DNA of 64,000 nt from Octopus vulgaris (lineage: Eukaryota). The translations under genes and the position numbers were made by a program. Location of the stretch: assembly GCA_951406725.2 (NCBI GenBank), contig OX597816.1:21886001-21950000 (forward strand), given 5' to 3'. This document shows positions 40,451 to 52,683 of the stretch, piece after piece (the stretch's first letter is position 1; every line of letters starts with the position of its first letter). Under the pieces are notes generated by a model that was not told where the DNA came from, made no database searches, and saw only the letters and a list, made by a program, of their open reading frames with translations.

Positions 40451-40884
40451 TTACTCTTTTACTTGTTTTAGTCTTGCGACTGTAGCCATACTGGAGCACA
40501 GACTTTATTCGAGCAAATCGACCCCAGGACTTATTCTTTGATTCATTGTAAGCCTAGTATTTATTCTATCGGTCTCTTTTGCCAAACCGCTAGCTTACCG
40601 GGTACGTAAACACTCTAGTTCGGGGACGTATACAAACAAGCAGAGGTTGTCAAGCGATGTTGGGGGGACAATCACAGATACACAATCACACACACAAACA
40701 TATATATGTATATATACATATATACGACGGACTTCTTTCAGTTTTCGTCTACGAAATCCACTCACAAGGCTTTGGTCGGCCCGAGGCTATAGCAGAAGAC
40801 ACTTGCCCAAGGTGCCACGCAGTGGGACTGAACGTGGAAACATGTGGTTCGTAAGCAAGATACTTACCACACAGCCACTCCTAC
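40451..40884 (-). mobile_element. SINE family C
   Basis: Reverse complement of the 25446 element. Confidence 0.9.
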
Positions 40885-41677
40885 ATTTTTCAGCGTCAAT
40901 TATTTGGGGAATGGAGATATGATATGCATTGTAGAGAACAGGAGAGATAGGGGTCACACACGACAGCATTACCACCATACAGATCTCTGCAGTTAGAAAA
41001 CGGGATTTAAAAGCCCTTTTGTGCGTACACCTTCAACAATAGAACAATAACAACAGCAACAACGGTGACAACTATCGAAATAGCAGCAACAAAGGTCATT
41101 AAAATGGTCTCATCAGCAACAACATCAAGAACAAAGAAAGAAAAACAACAACAATCATGATAGCAAATATGACGGCCATCTTCAAACCAGGAAGTCTCGA
41201 AGGAGTTATCTCTCTTTCATAATAACAGCAACACAACAGAAACAACATGACGCACATGCATTCCTCAACCAGTCTTTATCTGGCGCCGCATTCGCTATCT
41301 CGGCATTAAGGGACGAAAATGGAGGAGGAGAACTGCGCATGGCAAACGGCTTTCCTAGAGTTGAGAATAATTATTCCACTGGCAGTTGCTACACTTTATG
41401 CCCCCTACCTCGCACGCGCACGCACAAAAGAGACACGAGAATCCAAAGAGCCAACAAATCAGACTCATTTCCATTATCACTTTCACAACACCACGCAAAA
41501 ATTAAACATAAGATGGACACCGCCAAATAAAAGATAAACCCCCACAACACAAAAACAATTACAAGAAAAACCTCATCATTATCCTCACCACCACCACCAC
41601 CACCGTCATCGTCGTCGTCGTCATCGTCGTCGTCGTCATCGTCATCGTCGTCGTCGTCACCACATCGTAGAACAACA

Positions 41678-42101
41678 TCCTTTTCTACTCTAGGCACAAG
41701 GCCCGAAATCTTTGGGGAGGGGGCCAGTCGATTAGATCGATCCCAAGTACGCAACTGCTATTTAATTTATCGACCCCGAAAGGATGAAAGGCAAATTCGA
41801 CCTCGGCGGAATTTGAGCTCAGAACGTAAAGACAGAAGAAATACAACTAAACATTTTGCCCGGCATGCTAACATTTCTTATTTCTTTATTGCCCACAAGG
41901 GGCTAAACATAGAAGGGACAAACAAGGATAGACAAAGGGATTAAGTCGAACCCAGTGCGAAACTGGTATTTAATTTATCGGCCCCGAAATGATGAATAGC
42001 AATGTCGACCTCGGTGAAATTGGAACTCAGAACGTAAAGACAGTCGAAATACAGCTAAGAATTTCGCCCGGTGTGCTAACGTTACTGCCAGCTCACTGCT
42101 T
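41678..42101 (-). mobile_element. SINE family A dimer (tail A unit plus tail B unit)
   Basis: Two cores; junction aaagaaataagaaatgttagc. Confidence 0.88.
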
Positions 42102-42396
42102 TGAATAAGAAAAAATTCATAAAAGCGAACAATAGCAACTTGCTCTCACCTTTACTTTTATCTGAAAGTAAATGCGACATCATAAGAAGTAACTGTAAAT
42201 ACAGAGGGTAAGAAATCTCTCATTAAAAGAATGGCAGAGGAGAACCTAGAAGTCTACAAAAAACAGCTTAAATTAAAGGATTTCAAAGGGAAGCACTGTA
42301 GGTATCTAGCTGCAGCCAAATCATCATTTGAAAAATGAAAATATTCTGTATTCAATAATATATGTCCGAGTATTTCTTGCTTATATATCCATCAAT

Positions 42397-42458
42397 CCGT
42401 CAAATGCAAATAATGTAAATAATGTACATAATTCCTCATCTGTGAAATATAGAGCTGT
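42397..42458 (+). mobile_element. Isolated 3' tail of the hammerhead element family at 49829-50360
   Basis: ccgtcaaatgcaaataatgtaaataatgtacataattcctcatc matches 50304-50347. Confidence 0.7.
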
Positions 42459-43239
42459 ATTATTTAATATTTGTAGGAGAGATACGAGTATCAGCTAAGG
42501 GCATCTTTTGGTCCAGAAGTGGAAGTGGCTTCCTCTTCATGGCTATTCTACAAACGACTGTGTGTACGAAAGAACATTATATGCACGCGTGCGGGCGTGT
42601 GTGTGTGTGAGAGTATTTCTCTTTCTCCTCAAGATATCCTCAAATATTCCCCCTTGGCGGAAATTAAGGGAAGTCGTGTACTTCAGTTTCTTTCCTGGTT
42701 TTGGGGTAATTACAACGAAATCGCCCAAGTGAATGGGGATATTTACAGTATGATCTAGCGGACTGGATACACCAGGTGATTAAGGGGATTTGCTTTTAAC
42801 TGTGTCATACTGATCACTTATGACGTCTGTATCGTACTCGTTAAATTGCAACTGTTTCACACTCACGAAAAGAATTACTTGCAAACATAAAAACCACAGA
42901 TTTTCCCTTGACTTATAAGAGTCGGCTGATATTTTTTATGAAAGGATTGCCTGTAGGCTTTAGTTATTATAAGAAATGATAAAAGAAAATTTCTAATTGC
43001 TAAAGCTACTGTTGCAATTTGGTATCAAGGGAAGAAATAATTCTTAAGTCTTGTTGAACTTGTTTCAACATCCATGATGGGACACTGCCTTGAAATGGTT
43101 AATCGAAAAAAACGCCCTCAGCACTAATTTTCTAAGTTTACTACTTATTGTATCGATTTCATTTGTCGAACTGCTAATTTACAGAGACGTAAAAAAACCA
43201 ACACCGGTTGTCATTTGGTGGTGGTTGTGGTGGTTGTGT

Positions 43240-44085
43240 TGTTCACCCCAAGGACGGATCACACACTGGTCGACCACTTGAGGTCATGAAGAGCGATAGT
43301 ATCAACTTCACGAAAATCCACGTCAAACGACCAGAGAGTTCACGGAGCAGATGAATTGTGATTAAAAAAAACTGTGGTGATCCACGTTCACTCAATGGGC
43401 AAGGTTCGTGCCACACACTTTGAGCGAAAACAACAAAAATCAACGCTCCACAATCGCCGCCAGATTGTTCGAATCGATATCGCACAACTCATGGTCACAA
43501 ACAACATTTTCTATACCGCTTTGCGACCGGCGATGAAAAATGGTGTCTTTACGTCAAGAAGCAGCGAAAAGACCATGTTGTGGGACTGGGAAGGTGTAAC
43601 TCACTACGAACTGCTTGAGTGCAACCAAGCATTCAATGCAGATCTCTAATTTCATCAACTGCACCGACTCAACGAGACAATTCAGCAAAAAGACCAAATG
43701 GGCGAAAGTGCATTCTTATGGAACACGACAACGCTCATCCTCAAATCGCCAATACGACCAGAGCTGCGATTCATGAACTCGAATCGGAAGTGCTGCCTCA
43801 TCCTCTATACTCTCCATAATTGGCGTCGTCAGATTTTCATCTCTTACGACCGCTTTCGAACTCTTTGCCCCGTGTATCGTTCAATAATGACGTAGAATTG
43901 AAAGCTTGGTTGGATGAATTCGGTGAGTCAAGCCTGGGAGATTTCTATCGCGTTGGCATCTAAAATCTTATTGAATGATTGGAGGAAGTCGTAAACAGCA
44001 ACGGAGAGCATATTATTGATATTAATTTGTTGTAGTTCTTTTGCTTAAAACAAATTTGAAAAATCGCTCATGAATTATTCCTAAG
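43240..44085 (+). mobile_element. Degenerate mariner transposase
   Basis: HENPRQTTRE, WDWEGVTHYELL, EHDNAHPQIA, EVLPHPLYSP*LASSDFHL (mariner HDNA and YSPDLAPSD motifs). Confidence 0.9.
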
Positions 44086-44138
44086 CCCGGGGCTATAATA
44101 GAAGAGAATCGCTTAGGGTACCGCCCAATAGAATTTGA

Positions 44139-44371
44139 AGGCGGCGGGCTGGCAGAAACGTTAGCACGCCGGGCTAAAAGGCTTAGCAGTATATCGTCTG
44201 CCGCTACGTTCTGAGTTCAAATTCCACCGAGGTCGACTTTGCCTTTCATCTTTTCGGGCTCGATTAAATAAGTACCAGTTACGCACTGGGGTCGGTGTAA
44301 TCGACTTAATACCTCTGTCTGTCCTTGTTTGTCTCCTCTAAGTTTAGCCCCTTTTGGGCAATAAAGAAATA
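44139..44371 (+). mobile_element. SINE family A monomer inserted into a family C fragment
   Basis: Full head-core-tail; family C pieces on both sides. Confidence 0.88.
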
Positions 44372-45269
44372 AGAATTGAACTCGAAACTATCAGGCTGCA
44401 AAACAAGCTTCTTAACCAAATAGCCATGCCAGGAAATCAATATTGAAAACGCCTTTGCTATTGAACAACTGGATCTTCAAACCTTTGCTGCGTTAATAAT
44501 TCCTTTTAGACGTTAATGAAATTAGATAAGCCAGACTTGATTCTCGTAAAAAGCATTCGCCAAGTTCTTCATTTGGCATGTTCTTGTGATTCTAAAGAAT
44601 TACGTTCTAATATTGACTAACTTTTAAGAGGAACTTAACAACTGGCACCGCAGATCAATTTTACGTAGAGAACATTACCTGGAGATATATAAATTAATCA
44701 AGTATAGCAAGGAACCATTGAAAATGATTTGACTTTCAGCTACAAGGTTGTTATCGAGACGCAGCTGTCTAAATAGAAATTCTAAGCCGGTGGGATGCAT
44801 TCAAACTGCATTTTCAAACAGCGTTTTCTTGATGCGACAAGTATTATGCAATGCAACTGCATGCTATGTACTCCAATGGAACTAATAAACTTTATTTAAC
44901 ATTTATAAGATCTGCGATGAGTAAATACTTTACAGTTCCGAAAGGAAATAGCGGATCCATGTAGAATCTTAGATTAAGCATGAAGCTTTGCATTGGCTAT
45001 GCCTAAAAGAAGTTTACATTCTCAATACGTGAATCGTGAAATAAATTTAGGTGTTGATTTACAACGTATGTCATAAAATATAGAGATTTGGATACGACTC
45101 TATACCTTGCTAATCAGTAAACTTCTATCAAAAGAAATTTCAAAAAGCACGGCAACACTCTGTACAACATCGGTGACTCCTATCGTTGTGGCTTCGTGCT
45201 AGAAAATCTTGACACCTGTACCAAGATATAATAAACACCTTGGAAGGTATTAAAAAAATAAATGCCCTT

Positions 45270-45681
45270 AAGGCGTTGAGCTGGCAGAATCGTTAACATG
45301 CCGAGCGAAATGCTTAGCGGTATTTCGTCTGCCGTTACATTATGAGTTCAAATTCCGCCGAGGTCGACTTTGCCTTTCATCCTTTCGGGGTGGATAAATT
45401 AAGTAACAGTTACGCACTGGGGTCGATATAATCGACTTAATCCATTTGTCTGTCCTTGTCCTCTCTGTGTTTAGCCCCTTGTGGGTAGTAAAGAAATAGG
45501 TATTTCGTCTGCCGCAACGTTCTGAGTTCAAATTCCGCCTACGTAGACTTTGCTTTTCATCCTTTCGGGGTCGATAAATTAAGTACCAGTTACGCACTGA
45601 GGTCAACATAATCGACTTAGTCCGTTTGTCAGTCCTTGTTTTTCCGCTCTGTATTTAGCCCTTGTGGGTTGTAAAGAAATA
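45270..45681 (+). mobile_element. SINE family A dimer
   Basis: TSD ggtattaaaaaa(a)taaatgccct at ~45247 and ~45682. Confidence 0.92.
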
Positions 45682-46276
45682 GGTATTAAAAAATAAATGC
45701 CCTCAATACTGACACTAAAAATTAGAGAAAGATACTCGACTGGCTGGAATCTGGTGTAAAGCAGTAGCAGATAAATGGCTATTAGTATGTTTGGATTACG
45801 AGATTTGTCCGAATATGCAGTGGTAGTGTATTCATGTCCTTACACAATACATCCGTTTGAAAGAATATTTTCATGAATAACGTCCGCGCATACACTAAAA
45901 TTAAACAAAGGAATAGAATGTGTTGGAATCGACTTTCAAGTATTAGTTCATAATTTTAAAGTAAGATTCGAAACAAAAAAAAAATTTTCAATATGATTTC
46001 TCTCTCAGTGAAACCATGCTCAAGTACCATTCAAGCATCTATACAAATGAAAAACAAACAAACAAACTATGGAAGAGGACAGAGAAACACTTGAAAGATT
46101 AAATCATATTGTAATATAAGTAGAAGAGATCTTGAGTCAATCAATATGAACACACATATAAATATACACTAATATATAACATGTATAGATAGATAGAAAC
46201 AAACAGATGGATATATATGTAGCTAGATAGAGTATGCTTTACTCTAGCAAGACTCTTTTATCATTAAATCCTAAAT

Positions 46277-46860
46277 GTGGAGGCGCAATGGCCCAGTTGT
46301 TAGGGTAGCGGCCTCGCGAGAATAGGATCGCGGTTTCGATTCACAGACCGGGTGTTGTGAGTGTTTATTGAGCCAAAACACCTAAATCTCCTCGAGGGTC
46401 TTTCTCTCACTCTTTCTTCCTCCTTCTATTCTACCTGTACTTCGAAGAGCCATTCTTGCCATACTCTGTTTCACGCTGAATCTCCCCGAGAACTACGTTA
46501 AGGGTACACGTGTCTGTAGAGTGCTCAGCCACTTGCATGTTAATTTCATGAGCAGGTTAAGGGGGTGAGATGGCAGAAACGTTAGCACAACGGGCAAAAT
46601 GCTTAGCGTTATTTTGTCTGTCTTTACGTTCTGATTTCAAATTCCGCCGAGGTCGACATGGCTTTTCGGAGTCGATAAAATGTAATGCCAGTTGCATACT
46701 GGGGGACGACCTAATCGATCGCCTCCCTTCCTCCTCTCCAGAAAATAATTTCAGGGGCAGGCTCTTCCGTTGATCTGATCAACTGGAACACTCGTCGTGG
46801 TATCCGACAGAGTGCCACGACACTGGAACCCATGTGGTCGTAACCGACGGAGTCCTACCA
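46277..46860 (+). mobile_element. SINE family B (tail 1) interrupted by a family A copy at ~46558-46757
   Basis: Head gtggaggcgcaatggcccag; tail resumes gcaggctcttccgttgatc after the insertion. Confidence 0.85.
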
Positions 46861-46959
46861 CATCTGAAATAAACTTGATAGTTTTTATTAATTGTTCTAC
46901 TATTTGTTTATAACATGGCTATGATTAAATAACTGAATACATTTCTCAGTACAGGGTTA

Positions 46960-47072
46960 GGATCTTTACCTTTTGATGTTTTATATGACATATTCTACCA
47001 GTGTCCGAAGTTTGAAAGTGTTTAGTTACAAAATATTATTTCTAAAATCTGTCGGTCAAAAGGTAAAGATCC
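46960..47072. mobile_element. Internally deleted copy of the GGATCTTT MITE
   Basis: TIRs ggatctttacctttt / aaaaggtaaagatcc; interior matches 13626-13695. Confidence 0.85.
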
Positions 47073-47229
47073 CAGGATGAATAAATAATATTTTCATATA
47101 GTTTAGCTGAAAGCGTTCAGCTTGTAAATATATTATTTGCTTTCCTGAATACTTAATATATTCAACAATTTGTACTTCTACACATGTTTTCTTCATAAAC
47201 AACGTTTCTAGCCAATTTTCTGCTTTCAT

Positions 47230-48110
47230 CCCTATGATGTGTCTAACGTGACTGCGTTCGAGAATTATTATTAATCTGAAACTATTCCCAGGTTTGCCGG
47301 ACCACTCTTTCTGCTAAAAGCAAACTATAATTATCCGTGTAGAGTCACTGGAGCTGGAATATACAATCCACGCCTCTTTATATTTTGTCCTTGTCTCTTA
47401 TTTTTCAGTCTTACAAATGCGGACTATATAGGATGTTGTAATCTGTTTTTGATTGAAAGGTAAAATGGTCTGAGTTTGCTGAATAGAAATACGGGGATCG
47501 TTAGGACAATTCGAGTCTCTATGTCGTTAAGTTTGCTTGGGGATAGTAAATTCTAAGTAGCCCAGGCTACAGTAGATAACAATGATCACCATTTCACATC
47601 TCCGAACAGACATCACAAGGTTCCTACTTGAAGCTACATCTATTTAATCTTCAAGATGCAGTTGTATTGTTTTTAACCCGGTTGAATAATGGACTGTTTC
47701 TTTAACAAAGCATAACGTTCGACTGTACATACATTATTTCTATTGAGAATTTGAGCAGAAAGAACATTCTAGATTTCTTGCCCAGTTTTGTGGTTGTTTT
47801 CATTTAGAAAATAAAAATGTCAATAAAGATGGCCTGTAACTCTCTTGTGTTCACGTGATCATTAATTTTCTTAAAATACTAGCTTTATTGTCGTGTAGTT
47901 ATGTCAGAACGATCTACGGTTGTTTGATATGCATTGGGTTCCTCTCATCGCATTGCAGTTAATTGTCACAAGTAATGTTGGCTTCCGAATTTACTCTCGG
48001 CACACAACGCAGTTTTGAAGTTATTTCCCATTGATCATGCAGTACCGTTCAATAAATAGGGACAACTAAACTGTTGCATTGAATTGAAGCCAAAATCCAA
48101 CTGTTGTAAA
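47230..48110 (-). mobile_element. Possible decayed RTE-like LINE 3' remnant
   Basis: Faint minus traces resembling 'YLGS.I..D.E.RI' and 'R..GRP..TW'. Confidence 0.35.
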
Positions 48111-48177
48111 TTTTAACACAGGAAATAATTGAAACCTTATTAAATTATATTTACTTCTAATTAACTCGAAGTATATT

Positions 48178-48993
48178 TATTTCTTTATTGCTCGCAAGGG
48201 GATCGACATGGAGAGGACAAACAAGGACAGACAAAGGCTTAAGTCGATTATATCGATTTCAGTGCCTAACTGGTACTTATTTAATCGACCCCGAAAGGAT
48301 GAAAGGCAAAGTCGACCGCGGCGAAATTTGAACTCAGAACGTAGCGGCGCGCTAACGTTTCTGCCAGCTCACCGCCTTTTTAAAATACCTATTTCTTTAC
48401 TAGCCACAAGGGGCTAAACACAGAGGGGACAATCAAGGACAGACAAACGGATTAAGTCGATTACATCGACCCCAGTGCGTAACTGTTACCTATTTAATCG
48501 ACCCCCAAAAAGATGAAAGGCAAAGTCAACCCCGGCGGAATTTGAACTCAGAACGTAGCGGCAGACGAAATACCTATTTCTATTTATTTATTAACCACAA
48601 GGGGCTAAACACAGAGGGGACAAACAAGGACAGACATAGGTATTAAGTCGATTACATCGACCCCAGTGCGTAACTGCTACTTAATTTATCGACCCCGAAA
48701 GGATGAAAGGCAAAGTCGACCTCGGCGGAATTTGAACTGAGAACGTAACGCAGACGAAATACCTATTTCTTTATTACCCACAAGGGGCTAAACACAGAGG
48801 GGACAAACAAGGACAGACATAGGTATTAAGTCGATTACATCGACCCCAATGCGTAACTGGTACTTAATTTATCGACCCCGAAAGGATGAAAGGCAAAGTC
48901 GACCTCGGCGGAATTTGAACTCACAACGTAACGCAGACGAAATACCGCTAAGCATTTCGCCCGGCGTGCTAACGTTTCTGCCAGCTCGCCGCC
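48178..48993 (-). mobile_element. SINE family A cluster: trimer (48386-48993) plus a monomer
   Basis: Four cores; junctions gacgaaatacctatttc at ~48573 and ~48762. Confidence 0.92.
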
Positions 48994-49631
48994 CTCTCTA
49001 ACCATAAAAACCTCAATGTCTTTCAGTATAAAATAATATATCGAATCCACGCCAGACAAAATGCTTAGCAGCATTTTGCCCGTCTTTATGTTTTGAGTTC
49101 AAATGCTACCGGAAGCGAATTTGTCTTTCATCACTTAGAGATCCAAACAATAAGTTTCAGTTTAACCCTGGAGTCAACGGAATACACTTATCGTCTCGCC
49201 CAAAATTGCTGACCTCGTGCCAAACTTCGAAGCCCTTAAATTAAATCAACACAAAGTATCAACACATAAGCTAAGGCCATTATTATGATAAAGTATATAT
49301 AGAAAATAATTCACTATTGCATTCTTTACCAACAAACAGAAGTATCAAAACAGAGGGTAGATAAATTGTTTATTAATCTAAAAGCGTACTTTTAACAAAG
49401 TTATAATTAACCTCGCTGTCCAAGTGTACCAAATAATTTACCAATAGAGAACACTCATCCCAATACAAACAGACATTCATCTCTGTGCTACCGGTGCCAA
49501 TTTCGTTCAATAGGAATACACGTTTAACACATAACTAAAGATATAACTGAAGATAGACGAAGCCATGAATATTATGTATCAGTTACAAAGATATTGTACA
49601 TTAAAGTTAACTGATTGATTAGATAAGACAC

Positions 49632-49685
49632 TCTGATGTTTCAGCAATGCATGCACTAAAATTGGAACGATATAGAGATGATTAG
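49632..49685 (+). pseudogene. U6 snRNA 5' fragment pseudogene
   Basis: actaaaattggaacgatatagagatgattag (49655-49685) matches U6 ACTAAAATTGGAACGATACAGAGAAGATTAG at 29/31; ACAGAGA box mutated; 3' half missing. Confidence 0.8.
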
Positions 49686-49885
49686 ATAACAATCTACATC
49701 TAGAGCGACTCGTTTGTGGTTCGTTAGGTGGTATCTGCTATAAATAAATTACTGTGACTCTAAACGCAACACAACCTTATAAATCTATGTACTGGAAAAC
49801 TTCGATTACATAAGAATATCAGTCGCTCTACATTATTTATATTATTTACATTTGACGGATATTTGTCCTCATCTTGTTTGTTGTT

Positions 49886-49931
49886 AACGCAACGTTTCGG
49901 CTGAAATACCATCCAACCTTCATCAGGTGTC
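49886..49931 (-). ncRNA. Minimal type I hammerhead ribozyme
   Basis: GACAC CTGATGA a GGTTG gatggtattt CAGCC GAAAC GTT GCGTT. Confidence 0.7.
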
Positions 49932-49991
49932 TTGGGGGAAATTTCGAACCTGGATTCTCATTCCTAAGGAATGATGCTGTTATTATTATTA

Positions 49992-50057
<66 letters not shown>

Positions 50058-50230
50058 TCACTGCCTCGAATCGAACTCTGAATCTTGGGTTTCGTATCCC
50101 GTGAACGTAAACACTACGTCATATGCCCACGGGCATATGGCGTAGTGACCTGAATTATAATAATAATAATAATAATAACAACATCGAAAAATACCTTAGG
50201 AATGAGAACCCAGTTTCGAAATTTCTCCAA

Positions 50231-50276
50231 GACACCTGATGAAAGCTGGAGAGTGTATCAGCCGAAACGTCGTGTT
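50231..50276 (+). ncRNA. Minimal type I hammerhead ribozyme
   Basis: GACAC CTGATGA aa GCTG gagagtgtat CAGC c GAAAC GTC GTGTT; stem I GACAC/GTGTT, palindromic ACGT stem III, GUC site. Confidence 0.78.
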
Positions 50277-51257
50277 AACAACAAACAAGATGAGGACATA
50301 TATCCGTCAAATATAAATAATATAAATAAGGTACATAATGCCTCATCTCTTAAATATAGGTGTATTATCCGTCGTCCTAGTTTTAAAATTATGCAGAAGA
50401 GAATTTGAATCTAAACCTAACGAAGCTAAGGAAATACTCGAATTAATTAGCTCTTTTATAAGCTTTTGGTATTTAATGAAAGGATTATCTTTAACTAACA
50501 TTGCTCATAGTTAAGGTTTCTGTTATAGGATAAGGGTTTTCAGCGAAAAAGCAAAACAAGCGGGCTGAATGTAACGGTATATCCATTTAGTATAATCTTT
50601 ATAGTTTGAAAGAGAGAGATTTTATAGGAACCTTACATCTTAAATATACTAGGAGCTAAGTAATCTTGGCTTGCTGGAAAATATCAACTAGAAATGAATA
50701 ATGAAATATATCTCTGAAATACAGTAAGATATATATTAATTGCTAACAGTATTATATATGGTTGTTGTAAGAACTTTGCTAAATTAGCAATTGCAGTGTG
50801 GTGGGCATAACGTCTTTTTTACTCTAGGCACAAGGCTCGATGTTTTTGGGGAGGGGCCGAGTTGATAAGGTCGAACACAGTACGCAACTGGTACTTAATT
50901 TATCGACCCCCAAAATATGAAAGGTAAAGTCAACCTTGGTGGAATTTGTGAAGGATATAAAGTCGCCAATCAGAAACGCACAAACCTGACAACTTCAGCG
51001 GTACACTTATTTGAAATATGGTATCAAAATTTTTCTCGCTCTAGTCTGAGCTGGAAGAATCATTAGCCCCACCCCACCCTGCAAAATGCTTAACAGCATT
51101 TCATCTGTCACTACCTTCTGAGTTCTAATTCAGCAGATGTCGACTTTACTTTCATTCATTCAGAGTCAATAAAACAAGTACCAGTTGATCACCGGGCTCC
51201 ATGCAAACGATTTAACCCCTCCACGAAATTTCTGGCCTTGTGCCAAAATCTGAAACT

Positions 51258-51643
51258 GTGGAAGCACTCCGTCGGTTACAACGACGAGGGTTCCGGTTGA
51301 TCCGAATCAACGGAACAGCCTGCTCGTGAAATTAACGTGTAAGTGGCTGAGCACTCCACAGACACGTGTTCCCTTAACGTAGTTCTCGGGGATATTCAGC
51401 ATGACACAGAGAGTGACAAGACCGGCTCTTTGAAATACAGGTAGAACAGAAACAGGAAGTAAGAGTGAGAGAAAGTTGTGGTGAAAGAGTACAGCAGGGT
51501 TCACCACCACTCGCTGCCGGAGCCTCGTGGAGCTTTAGGTGTTTTCGCTCAATAAACACTCACAACGCCCGGTCTGGGAATCGAAACCGTGATCCTATGA
51601 CCGCGAGTCCGCTGCCCTAACCACTGGGCCATTGCGCCTCCAC
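51258..51643 (-). mobile_element. SINE family B (tail 1)
   Basis: Complete; TSD caaaat(c/t)tgaaact; inserted at the tail of a family A copy (51045-51257). Confidence 0.92.
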
Positions 51644-51856
51644 AAAATTTGAAACTAATATTACATAAATGCGTAAGTTAAGTTCAGTGTCTTCATTTTT
51701 GAATGACGCTAATCAATGGAGCTTCAACACAGGATCTCAGATCGAAGCATTTGCTATGCAAGTACATCTCTATTATTAACAAAATTAATCTCTATCGAAT
51801 AATCCTGCGAAAGATAAACTTCCCATTGATTATAGTCTTCTTTATAGCTATCGGTA

Positions 51857-52160
51857 ATATACCACCAACAACAATAGGGTTAATGAACTCAAGACTTGAC
51901 CACTTACTGCGCCGTGACATCTTAATTGTTGCGATGGGAATTATACCTACTTACATACAAACATACGTATACACATATTTCACACAAATACACGCACACA
52001 CATATAAACGTGACTATGTGTTAAGAAACTAGCTTCCAAACCACGTGGTTCCCGGTTCAGTCCCACTGCGTGGCACCTTGGGCAAATGTCTTATACTATA
52101 GCCTCGGGCCAACTAAAGCTTTGAGTGGATTTGATAGTTGGAAACTGAAGAGAACCCCCT

Positions 52161-52223
<63 letters not shown>

Positions 52224-52649
52224 TTTCATACATAAATATAAGAAGGAATTTTTTAACCACTATGTGGAAACCCTTATGCTAGAAGAAGATCCGCTATGGT
52301 CTCAACCACTAAGAATTGTTGTTAAAATTGATTTTATCAAATTAAAATCCAATTTTTCACACTCATTTTGATTTTAATTATATATATATATATATACATA
52401 TATATATACATATATATATGTATGTATGTATGTGTGTGTGTTTATGTGTCTGTGTGTGTCTGTGTCTGTCTCTCTCCTATCCACCATCGCTTAACAACCG
52501 ATGTTCTTGTGTTTACGTCCACGTAACTTAGCGGTTTGGCAAACGAGATCGATACAAGTACGGGGCTTACGAAGAATAAGTCCTGGTGTCAACTGACTAG
52601 AACAAGAAAATAAAAAGAAAAAGGAATATATATATATATATATACATAC

Positions 52650-52683
<34 letters not shown>

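Larger units (their letters stand above)
49829..50360. mobile_element. Head-to-head palindromic tRNA-headed element with a hammerhead ribozyme in each arm
   Basis: Arms 49829-50128 (-) and 50131-50333 (+), 2-nt spacer; A/B-box head, (AAT)n, Penelope-like tail. Confidence 0.85.

Noticed and set aside
42634-42706. Candidate small exon after a pyrimidine tract (ILKYSPLAEIKGSRVLQFLSWFW)
   Set aside because: Weak splice sites, no recognisable homology and no partner exons.
46277-46352. SINE heads as functional tRNA genes (also the other family A, B and C heads)
   Set aside because: They lack a proper acceptor stem and run on into SINE bodies, often with TSDs.
48178-48993. Regularly spaced repeats resembling a CRISPR array
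   Set aside because: They are whole ~180-bp SINE units with no unique spacers, in a eukaryotic context with no cas genes.
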